From NCBI RefSeq assembly GCF_006345805.1, contig NC_043007.1, positions 57,660,001-57,724,000 on the forward strand: a stretch of DNA of 64,000 bases, in the 5' to 3' direction. Shown here one piece after another: positions 13,943-27,899 of this stretch. Position numbers and translations under genes: made by a program. The notes beneath the pieces were generated by a model. That model was given only the letters and a program-made list of their open reading frames with translations, did not search any database and was not told the origin of the DNA. The stretch's first letter is position 1; each line of letters opens with the position of its first letter. This DNA is from Octopus sinensis (lineage: Eukaryota).

Positions 13943-14135
13943 TATGTATCTCTGTGTTCGTCTCCCTACCATCACTTGACAACCAAGTTTGGTGTGTATA
14001 CGCCTTCGTAACTAAGCGATTCGGCAAAAGAAACTGATGTATCAGGCTTACAAGGAATAAGTACTGGGGTCGATTTATTCGACTAAAAGGCGGTGCTCCA
14101 GCAAGGCCGCAGTCAAATGACTGAAACAAGTGAAT
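13725..14135 (+). mobile_element. SINE family A, full length with internal (TA)n
   Basis: Head ggagtggctgtgtagtaag..gggttcagtccc (A/B-box-like), CORE-like ccttgggcaagt, (TA)n after gcccgtcg, and 3' half ending gccgcagtcaaatgactgaaacaag. Confidence 0.92.
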
Positions 14136-14215
14136 ATGTATATATATATATATATAAAATTATAATTTTCTTTCGAAAAACAACGTAGAAATGCTCAAGT
14201 TGAACCCGAGATGCT

Positions 14216-14562
14216 ACACAAGTATAATAGATACAATAGACAAGGTTCAAATCACGCAGACTACGATTAACACATATATATACGGGTTTAATTAAGATAA
14301 AATAAGAATTGTCCAATCTGAAACATATATTGATATATCAGAATATAAAAATATAGAAATATAAAGATATATATGAAAACTAAAAATATACATGGACCTA
14401 GAGATACATGCATGTCAACATAATAATAATAATAAAATATAGATAAAATATGTTTCAGATTGGACAATTCTTATTTTATCCTTTTTCAACCCGTATATAT
14501 ATATATATGTGTTAATCGCAGTCTGCCTGATTTGAACCTTTTCTATTGTATCTATCTTGTGT
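14216..14562. repeat. Inverted repeat, ~110-bp arms (about 14216-14330 and 14447-14562)
   Basis: atacaatagacaaggttcaaatcacgcagactacgattaacacat..gataaaataagaattgtccaatctgaaacatat recurs in reverse complement with scattered substitutions and TA-length differences. Confidence 0.9.
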
Positions 14563-14616
14563 GTGTGTGTATGTGTGTGTGTGTTTGTGTATGTGTGTGT
14601 GTGCGTGTACACGCAC

Positions 14617-14675
<59 letters not shown>

Positions 14676-15203
14676 CACATACATATATATATGCATACAT
14701 GTATATATATGTATGTATGTATGCATGTATGTATGTATACATGCAAAAACGTCCAACAAAACTTGAGGGAAAAAGAAATAATAATAATAATAATGATCTC
14801 ATTTATTTGCCACAAGGGCGACCGATGAGGAACACCAATAACAATAATAGTAATAAAAATAATGATAATAATGACGACGACGAGAATAACTTAAGCGGCA
14901 GCTTCGACGATGACAAAGGTGATGATAATAATGAGAATATAAGGATGATGACGATGATGAATACAACGACGATAATAATGATATACTAAGAAGAAATGCA
15001 AGATGACATGTTAGGATGAAATGTATTAAAACAACGTACGAAGAATGAATCATAGAACATAGAAATAATGTAGTCTTAATATTTATTTGACTTTTTTTTT
15101 ATTCTTCTCTTAGTTGCTTTGGGATTATTGTTGCAACTCATATATTTTGTTCCATTTCAGGTATTGAAATTGCATCATATACGTGCATACACAGACAAAC
15201 ACA

Positions 15204-15291
<88 letters not shown>

Positions 15292-15463
15292 ACGGGAAGC
15301 TTTATGAAAATAAACAAAAGACGAAGGCAGGTGGAGTACAAACAAACAATTGTATTAGTATGGCACTCAGGAATATAAATAAAACAAGTCTTTGACTAGT
15401 TTCGGGATTTTTGTCCCTTATCAACGGGCGGTAACCACCATGCCATACACACTCACAAACAAT

Positions 15464-15494
<31 letters not shown>

Positions 15495-15594
15495 GTGTGT
15501 GTGTGTGTGTGTGATTGTTTGTGAGTGTGTATGGCATGTGTATGTACGTATATATATATATATATATCTGTATATTTGGTACATATACTGTTTA

Positions 15595-15720
15595 TCTGTT
15601 ACTTATTTCAGTCCTTCGACTACGGCCATGCTGGAGCATCACCTTCAAAAATTTATAGTCGAATGAATCGATTCCAGTACTTACGTTTTAAGCCTGTTGC
15701 CTATTCTATGGAAATCTTAT
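15595..15720 (-). mobile_element. SINE family A, 3' half
   Basis: tttcagtccttcgactacggccatgctggagcatcacc is the reverse complement of the family A 3' end. Confidence 0.8.
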
Positions 15721-15728
15721 ATCGAAAT

Positions 15729-15770
<42 letters not shown>

Positions 15771-15949
15771 CGGACATGTTGATGCAAACAGGAAAAATAC
15801 AATTCAGAATATGAGTATATGTGTGTGTATATATTAATATTTAACAGAAATAACAGGGTGTCTCAAGCTACGAATTTTATGCTTTGGCATTTATGAAGCT
15901 AAGCGCCAATGCATGAAATTCTCGCACTTTGAGTCATTCTGTTACTTAT

Positions 15950-16225
15950 GCGTGACACCTTGGGCAAGTGTCTTCTACTAAAACCACGGGCCGACCAAAG
16001 TCTTGTGTTTGGATTTTGTAGACGGACCCCACCCCACCATCGCTTGACAATCCATCTTGGTGTGTTTACGTCCCCGTAACTTAGCGGTCCGGCGAAAGAG
16101 ACCGATATAATAATACTAGGCTTACAAAGAATAAGTCTTGGGGACGATTTCTTCGACTAAAGGCAGTGATCCAGCATCGCCGCAGTCAAATGACTGAAAC
16201 AAATAAAAGAATAAAAAATAAAAGA
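15950..16225 (+). mobile_element. SINE family A lacking head and internal microsatellite
   Basis: caccttgggcaagtgtcttctact..gtagacgg joined directly to ccccaccatcgcttgac.., intact 3' end and A-rich tail. Confidence 0.88.
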
Positions 16226-16258
16226 ATATATATATATATAGTTATATATATACATATT

Positions 16259-16292
<34 letters not shown>

Positions 16293-16588
16293 TGTATGTA
16301 TGTATGTATGCATGTATGTATTTAGACATACATGCATTTAACTCAGTGGAAGGAGAATAATGAAATTACAGCAGTATTTATACCCTTTTAACATGGATAC
16401 CTCTGTATAAAAGACTGTGTATGTGAATGTATGTGTTTATGTATGTATGTATGTATAAGCCGGTACGAATTTATATACGTATGCATGTTTCCACTCATAC
16501 AAATCTCTGCACAGACAAATGTATTATACCAATGCTACACATATACATATAGTTCTGTCTCTCCTTCTCTTTCTCTCTCTCTCTCTCC

Positions 16589-16619
<31 letters not shown>

Positions 16620-16765
16620 TCTCTCTCTCTCTTATATACACATGCATGCACATACACGCACGCATCTCCGTGAACAACATGTGCACACGCCCACTGAGTA
16701 CACAGAGAAATGATATGACATGCATATACAAATTTCCACACACACATTCACACACATAAATATAT

Positions 16766-16818
<53 letters not shown>

Positions 16819-17279
16819 TATATATATACTTTACATATATACATGCATGATATGCATATATCGCCAGGAACTAATATTTGCTGTCACCAAACAAATCGTG
16901 TAGCATCTTTTAAAAAAGTAGTGTGACTCGCAAGAAAACAAAAGAGTACAAGCGTCTCCCACTTCATATGAATAAATATGGTGGAAAGGACGTCAGAATA
17001 ATCGAACAGTTGACTTCAGCAAACTGAAAGACTTGTGTATTCGCTCATGTGACCGGATGCTCTTTCTCAAGGCTACAAGTACTCTTACCATGTGACCGGA
17101 AACTGTAAGAGGTGCAGTTTTCTTTCTTTCTTGTTTTCTTTCTTTCTTATTTTCCCGCTTTCTTTCTCTTTTGTTTGTTTTATTGTTTTTGATTTCTTTA
17201 TTTTCGCTTCTGCGATTTTCTTCAGAGATGAGTTTACCGCTGACATTATAATGACAATAATAACAATAACGATAGCAAT

Positions 17280-17300
17280 AACAATAATGATAATAATGAA

Positions 17301-17361
<61 letters not shown>

Positions 17362-17400
17362 GTAATAATAATAATAATAACAATAACAACAAAAACAATG
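17280..17400. repeat. (AAT)n microsatellite
   Basis: Direct reading; source of the poly-I ORFs. Confidence 0.95.
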
Positions 17401-18289
17401 ATAAATAGTGTTGCATTTCGTTTATTTCGTGTAATTTTCTTGATTCTAATGAGTATTGTTATTGCAAGCAATAAATAACATTTCCAGTGAACGGATAAAT
17501 TTTGCGGAGAAATTGAGAATGGATGAGAGATGGGTTGAGTAGAAGCGTGGATCACTGTTGAGGGCAGATTGTGTAGAAGTTTGACAGTACGTATGGGTGT
17601 ATTGTGTTAAAGAATGGCTCGATAGGTGAAGCTGAATCGGTGGGTGATAAGGCATCGCCTGGAACCACGGATCAAAGACGATGACTAACTATTTTAGTAG
17701 ATCAATGGATCATTGGTTTTCGTTGACGTACCGCGGAGTTGGTGGGTAAAAGTGTTGATCTGAGTTGGAGTGGAAAGTATAGGGTCAGTGACATAAATGT
17801 AAATTGATAGAAACGTACGAAGAGCAGAAGAAGCAGAGGAAAAAAAGGGGTATAGTGAAACCGATGTCGGTTCGAGTATTGGTTCTTTTTATTGTCACAG
17901 TGGTGGTGGTAGTGATAGTAGTTGTGGTGAGTGCGGTTTTTGGTGGTGGTGACGGTGTTGACAGTAATGCTGATGCTGTTGGAGATGAAGATGGTTGTGA
18001 GAGTATTGCAAATGTTAGTAATGAAGATGATGACGAGGGTGGTGTTTGTAGTATTGGTGGTGGTGAGGAATAATGATTTTCTTGATGTAAGATACCAATG
18101 CTCAAAGTAACACTGTCATGAGATCGCATTAGAGGCAACTGTGCACATGCAGTAATATATGCTTCCGCTGTGATGCTGTTGTTATTGTTGTTGTTCGTGA
18201 TGGTGACGGTGGTGGTGGTTGTAGTGGTGGTTATTGATGTTAGGGGATAGATAGGCAGGAAGAAAAATAGACAGGTAGATAGATAGATG

Positions 18290-18332
<43 letters not shown>

Positions 18333-18352
18333 GGATAGATAGATAGATAGAT

Positions 18353-18393
<41 letters not shown>

Positions 18394-18667
18394 ATCGAAA
18401 AAGAAAGAACGAAAGAAAGAAAGAAAAATAAATGTTGCTTTATTTTGTTTTTGTTTTGTCCGTGTCTTTAGTGTTGAAAACTTATTTTGTAGTTAAGGAA
18501 AGCTGAATGGTATTTCAGTGAATAAGCGGGCGGATATGAGTGCGTGTGTATATGTGTGTACGTATAGAAGCAAATATACACATACACATATACACACATA
18601 CACAGACGACGCAGCGCTTCTATGTGTCCGTGCGCTTGTGTGTGTATAGTGTACCTGCATGTATATT

Positions 18668-18712
<45 letters not shown>

Positions 18713-18723
18713 TCACACACACT

Positions 18724-18754
<31 letters not shown>

Positions 18755-19049
18755 GAAGAGAGACAGACAGACTGAGAAAGACAATATTTGTAAAATGGAA
18801 TGGCACCTTCGTAAAGCAAATCAGCTACAGTGGCTTTCCAATGTATTTTTTCTTCTTTTTTTTTTTTTTGTCACAATGACATTATGTTGTTTTCTGTGTA
18901 CAAGAGAAGATAATATATAATGTGAAGAAACTCGGATTATAAATGAATGCATTTTACTTCCGATGTAGGATTCACTGGATCGATGAAAAGTTTGTTTCGC
19001 AATCACGAGGCTGTTATTTGTCTTCTGTCACGCATTGTGTGTCTATGAT

Positions 19050-19500
19050 AACTTATTTTTAATGAAATCTTCTTTACTAGGAGAGGTAGCAAATACCGCG
19101 AAAAAGTAGCAGATACTGGGAAAGATAGCAAGTACTAGGTAGGAGAGGCCAACTTTAAAACAGAGACCGGGACTAAAGCATAAACCCAAAATCTTCCGAG
19201 ACAAACTAGCCCATAAGCTGGTCTCACAGTATTTGAGAAGGAAGTACACAAAAATCTACGTCAGATGCATAGGTGACGATATTGATCCCTGACTAGTTGT
19301 AACATTCTTAGTACAATATAGAGAGAGGGTCTGTCTTTATGTAAGTTTTGGTCAGGTATAATTGGTCATGAGCCCACAAATTCAACAAAACAATGTCCCA
19401 ACTGAGTCCTCCAGAGGCTGCTGACAGGCTTTGAAACCAAGTTAGGTGGCTCACTCGTTACACAGATGTCAGTAAAAGCCTACTAAGAGCTTTTTGTGCA
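19050..19500 (+). mobile_element. Possible LINE ORF2 C-terminal relic
   Basis: Protein-like stretch LKHKPKIFRDKLAHKLVSQYLRRKYTKIYVRCI and a CPN motif; no diagnostic domain is certain. Confidence 0.3.
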
Positions 19501-19619
19501 GTAATTTCATAGGAATAAAAGCAAAACACAAGAACATTATGGAGGTTTTTAATCCTAAGACGACAACTGCTATAGACAATACAGGGTGTTAGTAAAGCGG
19601 ATGCTAAATCAGGAATGTT

Positions 19620-19972
19620 GGGTTTTAGTCGAACAAATCGACCCCAGGACTTATATATTAAAGCCTAGTACTTATTCCAGCTGTCACTTTTACCGAACCG
19701 CTAAGTTACGGGTACGTAAACACACTAACACCGGTTGTCAAGCGGTGGTGGGAGTCAAACACGGGCACAAAGGCACACACACATGCGCACACACGCGTGT
19801 GCGCGCAAGCACACATATATACACACAACAAGCTTCTTTCAGTTTCCGCCCACCAAATCCATTTACAAAGCTTTGGTCGACCCGAGGCTATAGTAGCCTT
19901 GCCCAAAGTGCCACACGGATCCCGAACTTTGTGGTTGGGAAGCAAATGACTTACTACGTAGCCGCGCCTGTA
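19620..19972 (-). mobile_element. SINE family A with internal (CA)n
   Basis: Reverse-complement homology to 13725-14135 in both halves. Confidence 0.88.
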
Positions 19973-20319
19973 AATATCTTTTTCGAATTTTGTGTTTTAT
20001 CACATTTTTTTCTTTATTTCTTGTAAACATTCTTCGTTTCATATAACTTTTAAATCATCCCTTTATATATTGTATAACAGCGCCATCTTTCGCCATTATA
20101 TTTTCTATAACTTAATACAACACATCTTTGTAAGGCCTTTGTAGAAGTAGGAATGAATGTAAATAATTAGACAGCATAAGATTTTAATTAAATCTGTATA
20201 TTTAAAGAATTCCTAAATTTTATAACTCAACCTAACACGTTTTTGAAAGCCACTTGTGTGATGTTTGTTTGTATTTTTCTTAATCTCTTCGAACTTTTAC
20301 CGTTCATAAAGAAAAAGAT

Positions 20320-20440
20320 TCGGCAGAATCGTTTGAGCGTCAAAGAAAAGTGCTCTTCAGGCTCTTTATGTTCTTAGTTCAAATTCCGCTTAGGTCTAAT
20401 TTGCCATCCATTCTTTTCTGGTAGATGAAATAGCTACAAG
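20320..20440 (+). mobile_element. SINE family B, degenerate
   Basis: ggcagaatcgtttgagcgtc..tttatgttcttagttcaaattccgc. Confidence 0.55.
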
Positions 20441-20981
20441 TCGAACATTAGAGTCGATATAATCGGCCTATTCCTCTCTTAGAACAACAGCTGGCCCTGT
20501 AGCAAAATTTCAAACAATTATTGGTGGTGGTGGTAGTGGTAGTAGTAGTAGTAGGTCTAAGGATGATAAATTCGGCAGAAAATCGGGCTAAATAATTATA
20601 ATATTCCATACATACTCTTGTGATCTGAATCGATATGTCTCAGGATCGACTTCATCCTTCGTCGGGATCGGTAAAGCAATTTCCACATAATTATTGATAG
20701 TATTAAGTTTTTCTCAAAATGAATGCCCTTGCTTCAACTGACTACACATGTATTTTATAGAAATAGCTTATGTAACACTTATTCGTTCTTCCCTTTCACA
20801 CATCTCTCCATTCATAAACCCTCCTTCTCTATTCAATATTTTCATTCCTTTATTGTCTTATCGAACAATCGCCAAGCCTGAGACAATATATTAACATAAT
20901 TTCAACCGAAAATTTTCCCATTTCGTACAGCGATAATTACAATGTGTTAAGTATTAATCCCTCTCTACCTTTTCTTTCTCA

Positions 20982-21045
<64 letters not shown>

Positions 21046-22363
21046 TAGAATTGCCTTATAACAACACACAACATCCAAAAATATAGAATCATTGAGAGAA
21101 TGCTAAGATCGCTTGAACCCTTAATAAAGGCACACTAAAGAAAAAGAATACCCTATTAGTCAATTATTTGACTGAATAGCAAATAATGAGAGCAGAAGAA
21201 AAGTAAGGAAGGAATTTGTTAACGATTGTAGCAAATGACTTGAAGCTTACTGGAACTGGCAAGTATCTAGGTCCTTTGCGGGTGAGAATGTTTTTCACTC
21301 AATATACAATAAAATAAAACTAAACCACCCTCCACCTCCTACATCAACATCACTATTCTTATTTCACTTTCTGCTCCATCCGAAAACCGTTCTCTTCCTT
21401 TTCCTTCTGCACACAATTCTTAATCCTTTACCCTGGACAACAATCGAATACCGGATTTCTCTCTTCATCCCAGTATTATTACCTAAAGCAAATATATAAA
21501 CATACACACGCGCGCACTCACACATATAAAAATATAGATAATCGGATAAACGCAAACACACGTGTACTCATATAGAGGGAAAGCGAACACAAGCATGTAC
21601 AAACAGGATATTAATATTTTCCCACTAGATGTCACTGCTCTTTAAAAAAAGACAACAATTGCTGACATGTTTGATGAAGCATTTTTTAAAAATCTTTTTA
21701 TTTTATTTTATTACAATAGTATTTATATTTTGCAGAAAAAGGGCGGAAAACACATCTCTTATACGAGATGTGGTGAATTGTGGAGTGGTAGAAATGTTTA
21801 TTAGAGTGGTGTAGAATAGCTTTGAGAGAGAAGAGAAATTACAAACTGTTTTCATTACAATTCTTTCTACGTTTCTGTCGGTTTTCATTGTTTAAATCCA
21901 ATACGTTGAAGTGTACTTAGCATTTTGCTAAACAACCTCTCCAAGTATTTCAGAATCGTCTCCTCAAATGTTTTACCGCTTGTAATTGTAAGGCGTAGAG
22001 GTCTTAGTAAGATACAACACAGCACAGTGGAATGTCCAAACTGACAGTTTAAAGAGATTTTTGTGGAAGAAATGTGTGACGAAGATTTGAAGGTTGTCTT
22101 GGGGTTCGACGAAATAAATTAAGCATAGTCTCTAGGGACTTTAAATATGAGTCAAGTCCTGGGACTGAGTACCTTCTCATAGGTTGTTGGAGCGCATATA
22201 TACAGTAAAAGTTATTCTAGTATGATAATGACTATACTTCGTTGTTTTGTCTCTTTTACCTCTAAGTCGATACCAGTATGATAATAATGGTAAAATATTC
22301 TGCTGATCATTTAAACCAATCATATTGTCTCTCTCTGTGATTCTCTCTCTCTTTCTATCCCTC

Positions 22364-22398
<35 letters not shown>

Positions 22399-22444
22399 TC
22401 TCTCTCTCTTGTTTCTCTCTCCCTTGGTTCTCTATCTATCTATA

Positions 22445-22549
<105 letters not shown>

Positions 22550-23660
22550 GCAAGAACAAAAAGGTAAAAATTTAGTTCTATATTTATTCAAAAGAAAATA
22601 ATATTGTTCATGCTATGGTTGTTGTTGTTGTTGTTAGTATCGGCATCATCATCATCATTATCATTGTCATTGTCATTGTCCCAACGTTCTCGTTGTTCTC
22701 ATCGTCTTCGTAGGTGTATTTAATGACTATTTCAAGACTCCGGGTTTCTCAATAGACGTTTCTTGAAATGGCCGATATACCGTAAACGAAGCAAATAAAA
22801 ATGAACGAAAGTTTTAATGTTTATGGCCATCGATATGCTTCCGCTTGTGAGATTTTCTCTTTCCAAGTTCATTCTTCATATGAGCAATGGTGGAACATAA
22901 ACTGACTTGTGTTTGGAATACAGTGTAGTGAAGTTTATACTTGCTTCCGGCGAGAGAAATAGTTCAGCAGTCATCAAATTGATAATCGCTTCGAAGCTGA
23001 AAAATCATTTTCTTGTTAATATTATTATCGGGCCAATCTACGAGATGATTATTTTCTAATGGATAAAGCCATTTAAACAATTCTGATGGTGGCAGAACGT
23101 TAAATCTTTCAACTGACCACTTACTGTAGAGGTTACAAGAGATAATGAAAGAACAAGAGAGAGTGAGGTGCAGAGGTATGAGGAGTGTATAGAATATAAA
23201 GAAAACAAATAAAAGACGAAGATATAATTTGGGGAGTAAGAAGTGGTGGGGCTAAAGAAAGAATGAGAAAAAGAGAAGAGTTAATAACGATAATGCGAGG
23301 AAAGAAAAGTAATAGAGAAAGAATAAGATTCAAATAACGACCATGACTGCGTTAGAGTTCTGTTATAATTCCATTTACTCTAAGATGCATGATATAAAAA
23401 TACATCGACACGAATGAGTGACTAGCATTCTATTTTACCGATTGCGAAGTTGATCACAGTGGAGAAAGAAAGATATAGACGAAATGGCAAACATATAAAT
23501 AAAGCGATGGTTTCGTACATTTAGTTTTCGTCAGTGTCCGTCGCTCTACTGCGGAAAACTTGTTTTTCATCCCACAGTACAATTTCATCCTATACGTATG
23601 TACAGGCGCGTTCCACCCTCCCATTTACGTATTTGCTACATACATACATACATGCATACA

Positions 23661-23696
<36 letters not shown>

Positions 23697-24596
23697 TACA
23701 TATGTACAAATGTGTGTGTGTGCGCGTGTGTGTGTGTATGTATGCATGAATATGCGTGTGTATATATTAATATATAATTAGCATACTCGAATCGTCAAAA
23801 TACCGACACTTCTATTAATGATTAAAAAATGATATCTCAAAACAAAGGGAAAAACCATTGATAAAGGTTAGCAATCGTGTGGGGGGTGCGCGCGCATGCG
23901 TGTGTGTGTGTGCGTGCGTGTGTGTATGTCGAGCAAAGAATATAAGAAGCGATCCTGATAAACACTAAGAAGAAATGATCAAGCTCAGTAACAATCTATT
24001 AAGCAACAACTACCCCCAAAACATAATATCCACTCCAATTATGGAGAGAAGAGAGGATGAAACCAACAAACTGTCTACAGTTTGTCTACCCTATCTGAAA
24101 GGTCTCTCCGAAAAGATACAAAAGATATGCGGCCCATATGACATCAGGACAGTATTCAAGAGTAATACAACACTTCGCAAAATCTCCTTCGAGTAAAACC
24201 ACCAATAGAAGAGAATATGAATAACGACTGAGTGTACTCCATCCCATGCAGCTGTGGTAGATTATACAAAGATGAAACATGCTGCCCCTCAAAATAAGGA
24301 TTAAGGATAGAGGGACATCGCAAACCTGTGACATGAGGAGATATTGATAAATCAGGTATAGCTGATCACTTATGGAAAAACGGCGACCACCTACTCCTGT
24401 GGAATGAAGTTAAAATAGTAGACAGAGAACACCACTGGAAAATACAAAAACTAAAAGAAGCAGCACATATGCTAGGACACAACAACTTCCTAAGCAGACT
24501 GAGTGCAGATATGAGTAGCATATGGGAACCGGTATTAAGGAAGGATAGGAACATATTAGATTTATAAGCCCTAAAATTCACTCCATAATTGCCAAC

Positions 24597-24660
24597 GGGC
24601 ATATGGTGTAGTAGTTAATAGTACTAACCCCAAGATTCCGAGATCGATTCAGTGACCTGA
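24597..24660 (+). promoter_or_regulatory. tRNA-like Pol III promoter head (A-box-like and B-box-like) in the PLE terminal region
   Basis: tggtgtagtag at 24604-24614 and gagatcgattc at 24640-24650; both deviate from consensus. Confidence 0.45.
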
Positions 24661-24700
24661 ATAATAATAATAACATCGGAATAAGAACCCTAGAATGAGA

Positions 24701-24745
24701 ACCCTGATGGAGGCCGGAGAGTACACCAGCCGAAACGTTGTGTTA
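24701..24745 (+). ncRNA. Decayed minimal hammerhead ribozyme
   Basis: CUGAUGG-a-ggc...gcc-GAAA-CG-UU; core position 9 is G and stem I is broken, so probably inactive. Confidence 0.6.
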
Positions 24746-24907
24746 ACAACAAGATGAGGACAAACATCCGTCAAATGTATATATATATCCTGACGAAAAC
24801 ACCTCATAACATCATACAAATAAATTATTTATGCATCCATAAATTCATTTTTCTTTGCCCCAGCATGGCCGCGGCCTTCGGGCTAAAACCTTTTTAAGGA
24901 TTTAAAG

Positions 24908-24949
<42 letters not shown>

Positions 24950-26105
24950 TATATATAATGTTCGTATACATACAAATATATATATATATATGTATATTTG
25001 TGTGTATACGAACATTCCTACCTACACACACGCGCGCATACATACAAACGCACGTACATAAGGTGAGCTACTTGTAGTTTCCGTCTATCTAATCTACTCT
25101 TAGGATTTTGTCGGCCCTGGGCTATAATAGATGATACTTGCTCAAAGTGCCTATCCGCATCTGAAGATGTATATGTTTATACACTCACACATATGCATAT
25201 ATATATACATATACATACATATATTTGACGGGCTTATTTCACTTTTTCCGGCAGTGAATAAACAAACAACTTATCCGTCGGAATTCCGTACATTTTTGTC
25301 TTCCCAATTTCTTTCACAAGACCTGAGTCATGCCGATGCTATGGGAGAAGAGATTCTCCTAAGTTGCAACGTTGTTGAAGTAGAAATCAGAAGAACATCG
25401 TTGCGAAATTAAACTCCTAGACACACATGTCATGTTATGGTTGATATAAGGATTTCTTTTCAAAAGCAAAAATGGTCCAGACGCTTTGTGGGGGATGCAA
25501 TTATGTAATTTTCATAATTTCCACCAAGAGAGGGAAGTGAAATGGAAGAGTTATAACCAGAAATCGAAACCCAATTTCATAAACTGCAAGCTCGGTGTTT
25601 TCTATCGTTAATAATTTGAGACAAAAATGGGATTGCACATGTTTATAAAGAACAAGGGTATCACGTAATATTGGGTGGGGTGATATTTGTAGTTTCCCTA
25701 AGGTACTTGCTACGTAAATGAAGTTGTTAGATTTTAATTAGGCAATTAAATCGGGTTGATAGCTTTGTGTTCACTAAGAAATTATGGTCGCATCATGGTG
25801 TCAAGCACAATGTAATAAATATAATGACACAGGTTAAGGCAATGGAGCGGAAGATTAGGTATAATCCTGGACTTAAATGCTTGCTAATGTTTAGTTCTGT
25901 TTTGTTAGGTTACGGGTTCAAATCAAGTTGGAGTTAACTCTATCGTTCACCCAGCTCCCTGTGGTAGTTGAGATATACCTGCATAGTCAAACACTAATGT
26001 CTATTCTTTCAAAAATATATTCCACTACTAACAATAATGGGCCACTTAACTGCTTACTACTAACATACCACTGGATCTTTGTTAATATTAAGAAATATGT
26101 AGAAA

Positions 26106-26320
26106 GGCGGCGAGCTGGCAGAATTGTTAGCACGCCGGGTAAAATGCTTAGCGGTATTTCGTCAGTCTTCAAGTTTTGTGTTCAAATTTCGCCAAGGTTA
26201 ACTTCACTTTTCATTCTTTTAGGGTTGATAAAATAAGTACCAGTTAAACACTGCGGTTGATGTAATTGACTTATACGTCACCCGAACTTGCAAGTCTTGT
26301 ACCAAAATTTGAAATCAATA
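26106..26320 (+). mobile_element. SINE family B, full length
   Basis: ggcggcgagctggcagaattgttagcacgccgggtaaaatgcttagcggtatttcgtc...gataaaataagtaccagtt...cttgtaccaaaatttgaaa. Confidence 0.92.
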
Positions 26321-26939
26321 TTACAAAATGTCTTTCCGTTTTCATGAAGATGCGGAAATTTAGATCACTTTTGTTAATGCTTAATATTTCTAGCATATAG
26401 GGACTGCCATGTAAGTGACCCCCGTTGATTCAGACACCATAGTGAACTCATAGCTTACGTATTTTTTTCTTCATAGCTATTAACACCACAAATGAAATAG
26501 TATTTACACAGGAATTGAACTCAGATCCTACAAGCTCAAATCATAATCCTTTTCAATCGTTTACAACGTTGAATCCATATATTTTCATTCTTGTCCTCCT
26601 CATGTTATAGCGTTTAAACAATAATACACTAATACATATACATATGTTGAGTAATGAAGTTAGCGCTAATGAGTTGCTATTACATTGTCTACAAATATTT
26701 AATACAAACAAGAAATCATTAAATAGTTTTGAAATTTCAAGATGTTTTCTTTAATACGCACCACTAATGTAAAGCACTGTTAAGGCAAGTCCTTAAACAG
26801 GTTACATAACAAGTTTAACTTTTAAAGTGTAAACCGCTGAATTGTTACTCCTAAACAAACTAATATAATAGAGTTTCATTTAAAATGTTTGTTAACTTGA
26901 TTATAATCGGTTATGTTTAATAGTCATTCTAAATGTATA

Positions 26940-27018
<79 letters not shown>

Positions 27019-27229
27019 GAAGAAAGGTAGATAAATATATACACTATGTGTATATATATATATATATAATGTGTGTGTGTGTGTGTGTGTGTGTATGTAT
27101 AAAGTATGTAAGAATTCATACATATAAATATATACATATATGTATTCATGCATATATATATACACGCATACACATATGCATACACACATATGTATATATA
27201 TATCTATATCTATATATCTCTCTCTCTCA

Positions 27230-27277
<48 letters not shown>

Positions 27278-27899
27278 TATATATACTTACATAGAAACAT
27301 ATATACATACATGAATACATACAAACGCATATATAGACAGAAACACAAACATGTATGCATACATACATGTTATTATGCATACATACATTTAATCTGTGCT
27401 GTTTAATATAATTTATTGATAATGCTCCAGATTTTCTCATATTCAGATCGAACGAATTGTTTCGAGAAGTGGATGATGAATTGGTAAATTAATAATAAAA
27501 TGGATATATTGAGATCCATCTTAATATCCAAAAGTTAAAGATAAGAACTGTAAAAGAATGGGAGGAGTGTTGGGAGAGTGGACCTAATGAGAGAAGAGCA
27601 GAAGAGATAGATTATGGATTAGGGAAGTGAAAACTGAGAGAAAGGGAAGAGGCAATAAATACAAAAGAATGTTGGGTAAGTTTGATCGAATTAACAACAA
27701 CAAAAATGATAATAAAGAACTGAAAAGTAAAAATTAAAACTATCGCTTCAATGCTTTTGCAAATTCCACCGCCGCTTTCAACTCCCCGTTAACAACAACT
27801 CATGAAACATTACGAAACAACAATTTGCAAATCTAGTGTTGGCGGTTTCGTCGACGCTGTGAGCCCAAAATAAGAATTTTTTTATTATTTCAAGATTTA

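Larger units (their letters stand above)
23940..24785 (+). mobile_element. Penelope-like retroelement 3' part (RT thumb + GIY-YIG endonuclease, decayed) with terminal region
   Basis: NNYPQNII..VCLPYLKGLSEKIQKICGPYDIRTVFKSNTTL, VYSIPCSCGRLYK.ET, SGIADHLWKNGDH..WNEVKIVDREHHWKIQKLKEA across frames, followed by a tRNA-like head and a hammerhead relic. Confidence 0.9.
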
